NCBI GenBank assembly: GCA_037445775.1 | Contig: JBBIJX010000002.1 | Coordinates: 6,768 to 70,767, forward strand | From: Actinomycetota bacterium | GTDB lineage: Bacteria; Actinomycetota; Coriobacteriia; Anaerosomatales; PHET01 | Direction of reading: 5' to 3' | Length of the DNA: 64,000 nucleotides | Part shown: one piece after another, positions 29,660 through 37,596 of the stretch | Layout of the letters: every line of letters begins with the position of its first letter | How positions within the stretch are numbered: position 1 is the stretch's first letter | Notes under the pieces: generated by a model | Told to the model about the DNA's origin: nothing | The model's database searches: none | What the model saw: only the letters and a program-made list of their open reading frames with translations | Made by a program: the position numbers and the translations under genes

Positions 29660-30797
29660 CGAGGCGGTGTCCGCGCAGAATCCGGAGCCACCGCGCACAC
29701 CGGAGGTCATCGAGGACCGGGACACCGCGCGTCTCGCGCGGGTGGTGCGCGTAGCGACCCCCTTCATCTCGGTTGCGATCGCGGTGCTGATCGGGTCGAT
29801 CGTCATCCGGCTTGCCGGAGCGAGCCCTGTTCAGGCGTTCTCGGCGATGTTCGAAGGCGCGTTCGGGGGGCCGCGACAGACCGGCGAAACGCTACTCAAG
29901 GCGACACCGCTCATCTTCACAGGCCTCGCCGTGACCTACGGCTTCCGGACCGGCCTATTCAACATCGGCGCGGAGGGCCAGTTGTTCCTCGGAGGGATCA
30001 CTGCCGCATTCGTGGGCGTGCAGGTCGCGGCGCTGCCGTGGGCGGCGTCCGTGCCCATCATCATCGTGTGCGCCGCACTCGCGGGGGCCGCGTGGGCGTT
30101 CATCCCTGCGCTCATGAAGGCAAGGATCGGCGCGCACGAGGTGATCACCACGATGATGTTCACCTACATCGGCCGCTACTTCGTCTCGTGGATCATTGCA
30201 GGACCGTTCAAGGACGAGGGAGCGATCCCGCAAACGCCGTTGCTGCCCGAGACGAGCCAGCTTCCAAGGATCTCTGATGTGTTCAGCTTCGTGCAGCCGA
30301 ACCGTGCTCATCTAGGGTTTCTGCTGGGAATCGTCGCGGCGCTCGTGATGTGGTGGATCCTGAGAAGCACCGTGCTGGGGTACGAGGCGCGCGCTGTAGG
30401 TTTCAACCCGATGGCCGCGGCCACCGCGGGTATCTCCGTCTCGGTGACCACCGTGAAATCGCTCTGCATCTCCGGAGCGCTTGCGGGACTTGCCGGCGCC
30501 GTCGAGGTGATGGGCGTCCACCACCGGATGTTCGATCAGCTGTCTCTGGGCCTCGGCTTCACAGGCATCGCAGTCGCGTTGCTCGCCAAGACGAACCCGC
30601 TCGGTGTCATCGCCGCTGCGCTGCTGTTCGGGGCCTTGTCGGCCGGCGCCGGCACCATGCAACTCCAGGCCGGTGTCTCGCCGCGAGTGATCGACATCAT
30701 CCAGGGCGTCATCATCTTCATGGTGGGTGCGGAGGCGATCGTGGCGTGGGCGGCACGCAGGATCACGGCGCGGAAGGGGGCGGAACATGTTAGCTGA
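29652..30797 (+). CDS. ABC transporter permease
   Basis: Polytopic. ATG 29652 is preceded by GGGGGAG and overlaps the ATPase stop. Confidence 0.85.
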   Translation: MPDEAVSAQNPEPPRTPEVIEDRDTARLARVVRVATPFISVAIAVLIGSIVIRLAGASPVQAFSAMFEGAFGGPRQTGETLLKATPLIFTGLAVTYGFRTGLFNIGAEGQLFLGGITAAFVGVQVAALPWAASVPIIIVCAALAGAAWAFIPALMKARIGAHEVITTMMFTYIGRYFVSWIIAGPFKDEGAIPQTPLLPETSQLPRISDVFSFVQPNRAHLGFLLGIVAALVMWWILRSTVLGYEARAVGFNPMAAATAGISVSVTTVKSLCISGALAGLAGAVEVMGVHHRMFDQLSLGLGFTGIAVALLAKTNPLGVIAAALLFGALSAGAGTMQLQAGVSPRVIDIIQGVIIFMVGAEAIVAWAARRITARKGAEHVS

Positions 30798-31743
30798 GAT
30801 CTTCACCCCCGAGCTTTTCGCCTCGGCGATTCGTCTCGCCACCCCGATCGCGCTCGCGGCGGTGGGCGCCGCGATCTGCGAGCGCTCAGGCGTCGTGAAC
30901 ATCGCGATGGAAGGGTTGATGCTCATCGGCGCCTTCGCGGGCACGACGGTCGCGCTCTTGACCGGATCGACGTGGCTCGGCGTTCTCGGTGCCGTCGTGG
31001 CGTCGCTCATGTTCGCCTCGATGCACGCGTGGGCTTCGGTGAACCTGAGGTCCGACCAAGTGATCTCGGGTACCGCCATCAACATTCTGGCGTTGGGCAC
31101 TACGGGTTTCCTTATGAAGACGATCTTCGGACATCCCGGCACGACCGATCCCGTCAAGACGCTTGCGCCGGTCTTCGACTTGCCCCGTGGCGACTCGAGC
31201 GCGCTCGGACGACTGTGGAACTGGATCGACACCGTCCTTCTGAGCCACACGCCCATCGTCTACTTCGGCATCTTCGCTTCGATCTTCCTCACATGGGCGC
31301 TCTACAGAACGCGCTGGGGCCTGCGCTTACGATCGCTGGGCGAGCACCCGCGGGCCGCTGATACCGTGGGTATCAGCGTCTACAAGGGCCGCTGGTTCGC
31401 TGTGCTCGTGTCCGGGTGCATGAGCGGGCTGGCCGGTGCGAACCTTACGCTCGAGCAGGTGGGCAGCTTCACCGAGGGCATGACGAACGGGCGCGGTTTC
31501 ATTGCGCTTGCAGCCATGATCTTCGGCCGGTGGGTGCCGGGAGGCGGCTACCTCGCGTCGCTGCTGTTCGGCTTCGCGGACGCACTCCAGCTCAAGCTGC
31601 AGATCTTCAGCGACGTGATCGACATCCCCGCGCAGTTCTTCCTGATGCTGCCGTACGTGCTGACCGTCATCGTGCTCGCGGGCGTTGTGGGCAGGGCCGT
31701 CGCGCCGGCGGCCGACGGCAAGCCGTTCGAACCGCGTGGCTGA
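30787..31743 (+). CDS. ABC transporter permease
   Basis: Polytopic. ATG 30787 overlaps the previous permease stop and is preceded by GGGGG. Confidence 0.85.
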   Translation: MLAEIFTPELFASAIRLATPIALAAVGAAICERSGVVNIAMEGLMLIGAFAGTTVALLTGSTWLGVLGAVVASLMFASMHAWASVNLRSDQVISGTAINILALGTTGFLMKTIFGHPGTTDPVKTLAPVFDLPRGDSSALGRLWNWIDTVLLSHTPIVYFGIFASIFLTWALYRTRWGLRLRSLGEHPRAADTVGISVYKGRWFAVLVSGCMSGLAGANLTLEQVGSFTEGMTNGRGFIALAAMIFGRWVPGGGYLASLLFGFADALQLKLQIFSDVIDIPAQFFLMLPYVLTVIVLAGVVGRAVAPAADGKPFEPRG

Positions 31744-32062
31744 CGTGGTGGCGGCGAACACGACGCGGTCGCGGTTCGGCGCGATCGCTGTGCGGGCCGC
31801 CTCGTGGGGCGTGGGCGTCGCGCTCGGCGTCGCGCTCGGTGCCTACCTTACCGCGGTGAGCGGGAGCGGTGCGCCCGGCGCGACGGCGCTCGATGCCTCA
31901 GAGCTGATCGTGCTGCCCGCGATCGCCGGGACCGCTGTCTTCGCGGTCCTCTTCGTCGTGGGCGTTGGCGTCTCGCATGTCGCGGGTGTGTTGCACGCGC
32001 GCAGTCCACACGGCGGCGACGACGATGACGAGCGCGACGAGGGCGACGCCATCGCTGGGTAG
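31736..32062 (+). CDS. Small membrane protein (two hydrophobic helices, acidic tail); start ambiguous (GTG 31736, 31745 or 31748)
   Basis: The part not overlapped by the opposite ORF (31744-31897) has my hand-counted GC3 of about 90% against GC1 of about 74%, as expected for coding sequence. The gene abuts the permease stop. Confidence 0.5.
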   Translation: MADVVAANTTRSRFGAIAVRAASWGVGVALGVALGAYLTAVSGSGAPGATALDASELIVLPAIAGTAVFAVLFVVGVGVSHVAGVLHARSPHGGDDDDERDEGDAIAG

Positions 32063-32170
32063 GTCCGGCGAGAGGTCGCCTCCGCGCATGAGAAAGCCGC
32101 GACCGAGGTAGACGGTGCCCACGATGGCGAGCACCGCCCACAAGGGCATGCGGAACGATGGGCGTCTCAC
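31898..32170 (-). CDS. Small membrane protein (two hydrophobic helices, charged tail), GTG start 4 nt after the DUF4349 stop
   Basis: The unique part (32063-32170) has hand-counted GC3 of about 86% against GC1 of about 67%. GGAGAAAG lies upstream. The ORF overlaps the + strand ORF antisense by 165 nt. Confidence 0.45.
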   Translation of the reverse strand: MRRPSFRMPLWAVLAIVGTVYLGRGFLMRGGDLSPDLPSDGVALVALVIVVAAVWTARVQHTRDMRDANAHDEEDREDSGPGDRGQHDQL

Positions 32171-32174
32171 TCGG

Positions 32175-33233
32175 TCACGATGCTTTCTCCGGTGACGTCA
32201 CGTCCTCCTCGGCTGCGGGTGCCGTGTCATCCGCGTTCTCGTCGGCTGGGGCTTCAGCGCGGGAGCCGGACTCACTCGTGCCGGTCTTGCGCGACCGCCT
32301 CCGGCGCGCCCTGACGACAGCTACCGCGCTCCACACAGTCAGGCCGACGAAGATCGCGACCGGCAGCATCGCGATGACGAAGGTGATTAGCGTCTCGACG
32401 ACGTCGATAGCTCCCTGGATCCCACGCGCGAACGCCTCCCGGATTCCGAACCACGGGTCTTCGGTACCGGCGACTGGGCCCGGCTGGGTGAGCGTCACTG
32501 ACAGTGTTGCCTTCGCCACTTGGCGCTTCAAGTACGTGAGCTGCGCGTCCATAGACTCGATATCGCCGCGAACGCGGGCGAGTTCCTTCTGGACCTCGAG
32601 CAGCTCGCTCACGTCGTTCGTCTTGTCGAGGAACGACCGCAACCGCTTCTCTTCTGCGTGCAGGTTCTTGAGCCGCGCTTCCATGTCGATCGCCTGCTCG
32701 GTCACGTCGCTCGCCGACTCGGACTGCGAGACGACCGTGCCGAGCTTCGCGAGTGCCGTCGTGAGCGCGTCCAGGCGCGACGACGGCACTCGTACGACGA
32801 TCGATGCGTACGTCGGGCCCGCTGGTCCGGTCGCCTGAGCGTCGAGCGGACGGACGTCGCCACCGCTCAGAGAGAGTTCGGCGATCTCGGCGTCGTGCGC
32901 ACGTATCGCGGCTCGCAGGCGGTCGACAGAGTCGTTGACGTCTTTGACGCGCATCTCGAGATACGCGTTGCGGACTATCATCCGCTCGGTCGAGGCGACG
33001 CGTCCGGCTTCCTCAGGCGCGACCTTCGATGCGTAGGTGTCGTGCGTGACCGAACCGGCTCCGCCCACCTGCAGTTCGTCGCGTGTGTCGCCATCCGCGG
33101 AGCCGTACCCGTACCCGGACTCATACGAGACGCCCGTCACTTGATCGGACTGCTTCTCCGCGCTCCGGCAGCCAGCGGGTGCGACTGCGAGAACGAGCAA
33201 CGCGACCGCGAAGGCGAGTCTCAGCAGCTTCAC
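32175..33233 (-). CDS. DUF4349-like lipoprotein (coiled-coil middle, C-terminal TM helices)
   Basis: GTG 33233 is preceded by GGGAGG 8 nt upstream. Signal and lipobox VKLLRLAFAVALLVLAVAPAGC. The C-terminus has two hydrophobic helices and an Arg-rich stop-transfer segment. Confidence 0.72.
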   Translation of the reverse strand: MKLLRLAFAVALLVLAVAPAGCRSAEKQSDQVTGVSYESGYGYGSADGDTRDELQVGGAGSVTHDTYASKVAPEEAGRVASTERMIVRNAYLEMRVKDVNDSVDRLRAAIRAHDAEIAELSLSGGDVRPLDAQATGPAGPTYASIVVRVPSSRLDALTTALAKLGTVVSQSESASDVTEQAIDMEARLKNLHAEEKRLRSFLDKTNDVSELLEVQKELARVRGDIESMDAQLTYLKRQVAKATLSVTLTQPGPVAGTEDPWFGIREAFARGIQGAIDVVETLITFVIAMLPVAIFVGLTVWSAVAVVRARRRRSRKTGTSESGSRAEAPADENADDTAPAAEEDVTSPEKAS

Positions 33234-33348
33234 GTCATCGACCTCCCTGGTAGTGCGTCCAGCGTCGTCCGCCGACAAACGAGGACGCCCCTGCGCAACG
33301 GGCAGAGGCGTCCGGAATCCACGGTATGGCGGGGAGCACTGAAGAGCG

Positions 33349-33498
33349 CTACTCTCCTGCGCTCTTGCTCGTGCCCGCGCCCTCGCGCTTCCTGAGTGTC
33401 ATCGCCGCGTAGGCACCGAGACCGACTCCCAGCGCGACCACGACGAAGAACGCGAGTACGAGGACGTTCACCACAGCTGCGGGCCAGTTGGCGGTCAT
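33349..33498 (-). CDS. Unlisted 49-codon single-TM ORF (MTANWPAAVVNVLVLAFFVVVALGVGLGAYAAMTLRKREGAGTSKSAGE)
   Basis: Translated by hand because it is below the ORF-track size cut-off. GGAGGTG lies upstream of the ATG. It has a hydrophobic helix followed by a basic tail, and sits 115 nt upstream of the DUF4349 start (GTG 33233) on the same strand. Confidence 0.45.
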   Translation of the reverse strand: MTANWPAAVVNVLVLAFFVVVALGVGLGAYAAMTLRKREGAGTSKSAGE

Positions 33499-33764
33499 GT
33501 GAGCCGTTCACCTCCGGGTAGCGGCGGATACCTCTCGGATTCTACCCGCACAGTTCGCCCCCGGGCAATGCGACTCCTGCCATCTGCTGCCGAGCCGTGT
33601 CCCGCACACCCCTGTCAACCGGAGCATCCGCCCGTCAACTCAGACGCCGGATGAGTGCAGCCGGTTCGCATCAGTTGTGCCGCGAGTGTCCAGGGGTTGT
33701 GGGGGTTGCGCCGGAGCGTCACGGCGTATTTGTCACCTAAGTGTTATGAATTCCCATCAAAGGG

Positions 33765-33793
33765 TTGCGCAGTGGGATGATGTGTCATAACAT
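33765..33793 (+). promoter_or_regulatory. Candidate dcw/mraZ promoter (-35 TTGCGC, 17-nt spacer, -10 TAACAT) in a locally AT-richer patch
   Basis: The hexamers were read directly, about 70 nt upstream of mraZ ATG 33862. Confidence 0.35.
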
Positions 33794-33861
33794 CGCAGAC
33801 GTCAGGGAGGGATGCGCCCGGAGATGGCGGGTGCCGAAGTCGGTGAGGAGGGTGGGGGAGG

Positions 33862-34296
33862 ATGTTCCTCGGCGAGCATCAGCACACGCTCGACGCGAAG
33901 GGCCGTGTCTCGCTTCCCGCCCGGTTCCGCCTTCAGATGACCGGCAGCGTGGTCATCGCGAAGGGGCTGGATCGCAACCTCTACGTCTATCAGGCCGCCG
34001 AGTACGAGCGCTTCATCGAGGAGCTCACGTCGAAGAGCGAGTTCAACGCGAGCGTGCGCAAGATCAGGACGCACTTCACGATCGGCGCGTGGGAAACCGA
34101 CCTCGACTCCGCTGGCCGTGTCTCCGTACCGCAGAACCTGCGCGAGTTCGCGGGGCTTCAGAAGGACGTCATCGTGGCCGGCAACGGAAGCCGCATCGAG
34201 ATCTGGGACGCGGGAAGGTGGCAGCGTTACAGCGCTGAGGCCGCCGAGTCCATCGACGACATCGCCCAGGAGCTGGCAGACGCCGGTCTTCTGTAG
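33862..34296 (+). CDS. mraZ: Transcriptional regulator MraZ
   Basis: MFLGEHQHTLDAKGRVSLPARFR plus the second (SpoVT/AbrB-like) repeat DSAGRVSVPQNLR. GGGGGAGG precedes the ATG. Confidence 0.95.
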   Translation: MFLGEHQHTLDAKGRVSLPARFRLQMTGSVVIAKGLDRNLYVYQAAEYERFIEELTSKSEFNASVRKIRTHFTIGAWETDLDSAGRVSVPQNLREFAGLQKDVIVAGNGSRIEIWDAGRWQRYSAEAAESIDDIAQELADAGLL

Positions 34297-34305
34297 GGAT
34301 TGACA

Positions 34306-35262
34306 ATGGAATACCGGCACACCCCAGTTTTGCTGGCCGAGGTCACGCAGCTCCTATCGCCGAAACCAGGCTCCATCGTCGTGGATTGCACCTTGGGCGG
34401 GGCAGGACACGCGACGCGGATTGCAGACCTCGTAGCTCCCACGGGAACCATCGTGGGTATCGACCAAGATGACGCCGCACTTGACGCAGCAGCGACCATA
34501 CTACGCCTCGGCCAGCAAGAACCTCATGCGCGGACGGTACTTCTGAAGGGGAACTTCGGGCGTCTCGACGACCTGCTCGTGCAGGCGTGCGTCCCGTACG
34601 TCGATGGCTTCCTCTTCGACTTAGGAGTCTCGTCCCCGCAGATCGACGTCGCCCTCCGGGGCTTCTCCTTCAAGGAGGACGCCCCGTTGGACATGCGGAT
34701 GGATCCGGGTCTTCAGACTCTTACCGCAGCTGAGGTCATCGCAGACTACACCCAAGCAGACCTCGCCCGGATCATCCGGGACTTCGGTGAGGACCGGTGG
34801 GCGTCGCGCATCGCAGCCTTCATCACAACTGCGCGCGCCCGCCGCCCCATCGAGACGTCCGGACAGCTCGTTGAGGTCGTCAAAGCGGCCATACCGGCGT
34901 CCGCGCGTCGTAGCGGCGGGCACCCGGCCAAGAAGACGTTTCAGGCTCTCCGCATCGAGGTCAACGACGAGCTCGGTGCGCTCGAACGCGGGCTCACGGC
35001 AGCTATCGGATGGCTCTCTCCCGGCGGCCGCATAGCGGTGATCAGCTACCACTCGCTCGAAGACCGCGTGGTCAAGCGAATCTTCGCCGAGGCTGCGGAG
35101 GGGTGTGTTTGTCCGCCTGACCTACCGGTCTGTACGTGCGGGCGAAAGCCGGTGCTTTCCATCATCACACGGCGTCCGATCACGCCTTCATCGGGCGAGA
35201 TCGAGGAGAATCCTCGCGCCAGGAGCGCGAAGTTGAGAGGTGCCGAACGACTCGCCGATTGA
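34306..35262 (+). CDS. rsmH: 16S rRNA (cytosine1402-N4)-methyltransferase
   Basis: YRHTPVLLAEV, VDCTLGGAGH, DLGVSSPQID, SYHSLEDR. ATG 34306 is preferred over TTG 34300. Confidence 0.95.
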   Translation: MEYRHTPVLLAEVTQLLSPKPGSIVVDCTLGGAGHATRIADLVAPTGTIVGIDQDDAALDAAATILRLGQQEPHARTVLLKGNFGRLDDLLVQACVPYVDGFLFDLGVSSPQIDVALRGFSFKEDAPLDMRMDPGLQTLTAAEVIADYTQADLARIIRDFGEDRWASRIAAFITTARARRPIETSGQLVEVVKAAIPASARRSGGHPAKKTFQALRIEVNDELGALERGLTAAIGWLSPGGRIAVISYHSLEDRVVKRIFAEAAEGCVCPPDLPVCTCGRKPVLSIITRRPITPSSGEIEENPRARSAKLRGAERLAD

Positions 35263-35290
35263 CGAGTCCTAGCGTGGAAGGGGGTGCGTC

Positions 35291-35806
35291 ATGGGTGTTG
35301 CAGTTCGGCGGATCGATACAGCCGTGCAGCCGTCTCGGCAGGCGCGCCCTCGGATGCGGGTTGTCACTCAGCGGCCCACGCGTGCGAGACGGACGTGCGA
35401 CGCGACGCGGCGTACGTTTCGTACGTTCGTCGTGGTGACGTGCGTCATCGCAGCCCTCGGGCTTGTCCGCGTCTGGCTCTCGGTCCAGGCGGCGGAGGCG
35501 TCGCTTGAGGCCGGACAGTTGCGTGAGGACATCAAGAAAGAGCGGTATCGTGGGGACATGCTCGAGATACAGCAGAGCGCGCTCTCATCCCCGTCCCGAA
35601 TCAGAGCCCTCGCGAGTGCGACGATGGACATGGTGTCCGTTCGCCGGGTGAGTTACCTCGATCTACCTGCGGAGAGCGTCGTGCGCGTGAGGCAGGAGCG
35701 CGACTCAAGCGCGATCGTTCGCGCCCTCGAGGACGCAGCTTCGCTCGCCGCGGGTGAAGCGCAGGTGTTGCTCGTCGGCGACGTCGGACTCGCGTCGGCA
35801 CGGTGA
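35291..35806 (+). CDS. ftsL: FtsL-like cell division protein (single TM plus coiled coil)
   Basis: Basic N-terminus, TM helix FVVVTCVIAALGLVRVWLSV, then a heptad-like segment. It occupies the canonical slot between rsmH and ftsI. Confidence 0.7.
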   Translation: MGVAVRRIDTAVQPSRQARPRMRVVTQRPTRARRTCDATRRTFRTFVVVTCVIAALGLVRVWLSVQAAEASLEAGQLREDIKKERYRGDMLEIQQSALSSPSRIRALASATMDMVSVRRVSYLDLPAESVVRVRQERDSSAIVRALEDAASLAAGEAQVLLVGDVGLASAR

Positions 35807-37596
35807 CGCGGCCGAGGAAGGGGGCGCGCGTGTCCGGTCGTGGCTCGCGCCAGCTGGTAAACGGCCGCCTCTCCCTTCTCATTGTCGCCTTCGGCGTCGC
35901 ATTCGCGATCATCGCCGGTCGCCTCGTGTGGATCCAGGCGGTGGTCGCCGCAGAGTATGCGGAGCGAGCGACGTCACAGCGCATGCGCGACGTCGAGATC
36001 GCCGCGCGGCGCGGGACTATCTACGACCGTGAGGGCGAACCGCTCGCGGTGAGCGTTGAGGCGCCCACCGTGTTCGCGTCCCCGCGCTTCGTCAACAACA
36101 AGCAGGCCTGCGCTGAGGCGCTGTCGGCCACGCTCGGTGGCGACGTTGAGGGATACCTCGCCAAACTTGAGCGGGAGACCGGCTTCGTCTACCTGGCGCG
36201 AAAGGCGGACCTTGAGCGCGTCAACGAGCTCAAGACCCGTCTCGAGCGGCTCGGCGTCAGAGGCGTCGGTTATCTCGAGGACTACCGGCGCCTCTATCCC
36301 TTCGGCGACCTGGGCGGACAGGTGCTGGGTTTCACCGGGCTCGAGGACCAAGGGCTCGCGGGTCTGGAGAACCAGTACGACGACGTGCTGGCGGGGACGC
36401 CCGGCGTCATCATCGGTGAGCGTGATCCGCAAGGCCTCAGGCCCATCCCGGGTGGCGTGCAGAAGGAGATCGCACCCGTTCACGGCCAGGACGTCGTGCT
36501 CACACTCGACAAGGATGTCCAGGACTTCGTCGAGTCCGAGTTGGAGCGCGCGGTCAAGAAGTGGGGAGCGAAGAGCGGTTCGGCTATCGTGATGAACCCT
36601 CGTAACGGCGAAATCTACGCCATGGCGACGGCGCCGGGCTTCGACCCGAACCGCTACGCCGCTGCGAACGCCGAGAGGGTTCGCAACCGGCCGCTCACTG
36701 ACGCTTATGAGCCCGGATCGACGTTGAAGTGCCTGACGGCGGCCGCCGTGATCGAGCAGGGACTCTACACGCCTGAGTCGAAGTTCCGCCTTCCCTCGAC
36801 TATCCGCGTCGGCGGACGCACGATTCACGAGGCGCACGACCGGCCAGCCGTGCGCTGGTCGCTCACTGAGATCGTCACGCACTCGAGCAATGTAGGGACG
36901 GTCAAGCTCGGCCTGAAGCTCGGCAAGAGGGGGCTCTACGACGCGCTCGCGGACTTCGGCATCACCGAGGCGCCAGCCACCGACTTCCCGGGCACCACCA
37001 AGGGATGGCTCCCGCGTGTCGAGCAATGGTCCGCGCCGACGATCGGGAACATCCCGTTCGGCCAAGGGGTCTCGGTCACCCAAGCACAGCTTGCTCGCGC
37101 CATCAGCGCGCTCGCCAATGACGGAGTCATGACGACGCCCCACTTCCTGCTCGACGTTCCGCGCTCGGACGCGCCGAAGGCCACCTGGGCTACGAAGCGC
37201 GCCGTCTCGGCTGAGACCGCGGGTCAGGTCACGCGGATGCTCGAGGCTGCCGTCGTCGTCGGCACCGGTGCTTCGGCTGCGGTGAAGGGCTACAACGTCG
37301 CTGGGAAGACCGGCACGGCACAGAAGGCGCGCGCCGACGGCAAGGGCTACCGTGGCGGAGGCTACGTGGGATCGTTCGTGGGCTACCTGCCATCTGAGGA
37401 CCCACAGCTCCTGGTCTGCGTCTCGATCGATCGCCCCACCAAGGCGATCTACGGCGGAGTGGTGGCCGGCCCTTCGTTTTCCCGCATCGCAACATTCGCG
37501 GCTTCACACCTGAAGATCAAGCCTTCAAGCAAGGAGTCCATCGCGGCCGTGCGCAAGGGTGTCAAGAAGGTGTCGGAGCAGTCCGTGCGTGACTGA
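35803..37596 (+). CDS. ftsI: Penicillin-binding protein 2/FtsI-type transpeptidase
   Basis: 597 aa. N-terminal TM helix, and STLK (PGSTLK), HSSN and KTGT (AGKTGTA) motifs. Confidence 0.92.
   Translation: MTRPRKGARVSGRGSRQLVNGRLSLLIVAFGVAFAIIAGRLVWIQAVVAAEYAERATSQRMRDVEIAARRGTIYDREGEPLAVSVEAPTVFASPRFVNNKQACAEALSATLGGDVEGYLAKLERETGFVYLARKADLERVNELKTRLERLGVRGVGYLEDYRRLYPFGDLGGQVLGFTGLEDQGLAGLENQYDDVLAGTPGVIIGERDPQGLRPIPGGVQKEIAPVHGQDVVLTLDKDVQDFVESELERAVKKWGAKSGSAIVMNPRNGEIYAMATAPGFDPNRYAAANAERVRNRPLTDAYEPGSTLKCLTAAAVIEQGLYTPESKFRLPSTIRVGGRTIHEAHDRPAVRWSLTEIVTHSSNVGTVKLGLKLGKRGLYDALADFGITEAPATDFPGTTKGWLPRVEQWSAPTIGNIPFGQGVSVTQAQLARAISALANDGVMTTPHFLLDVPRSDAPKATWATKRAVSAETAGQVTRMLEAAVVVGTGASAAVKGYNVAGKTGTAQKARADGKGYRGGGYVGSFVGYLPSEDPQLLVCVSIDRPTKAIYGGVVAGPSFSRIATFAASHLKIKPSSKESIAAVRKGVKKVSEQSVRD

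Noticed and set aside
33230-33511. A 93-aa - strand ORF in the track
   Set aside because: It is out of frame with both the DUF4349 start region and the SD-preceded 49-codon TM ORF, and its translation is Arg-rich with no features.
33699-33856. GTGGG pentamers as an MraZ operator array
   Set aside because: The three copies are 73 and 80 bp apart rather than in the tight ~10-bp-phased direct-repeat array described for MraZ operators. GTGGG is also expected by chance in GC-rich DNA.
35974-37143. A 389-aa - strand ORF opposite ftsI. Similar long antisense ORFs occur at 20553-21677, 40506-41573, 8112-9125, 9469-10545 and 21708-22628.
   Set aside because: All are antisense to genes with strong family signatures and have the same Arg/Asp/His-rich composition. 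I treat them as GC-driven artefacts.
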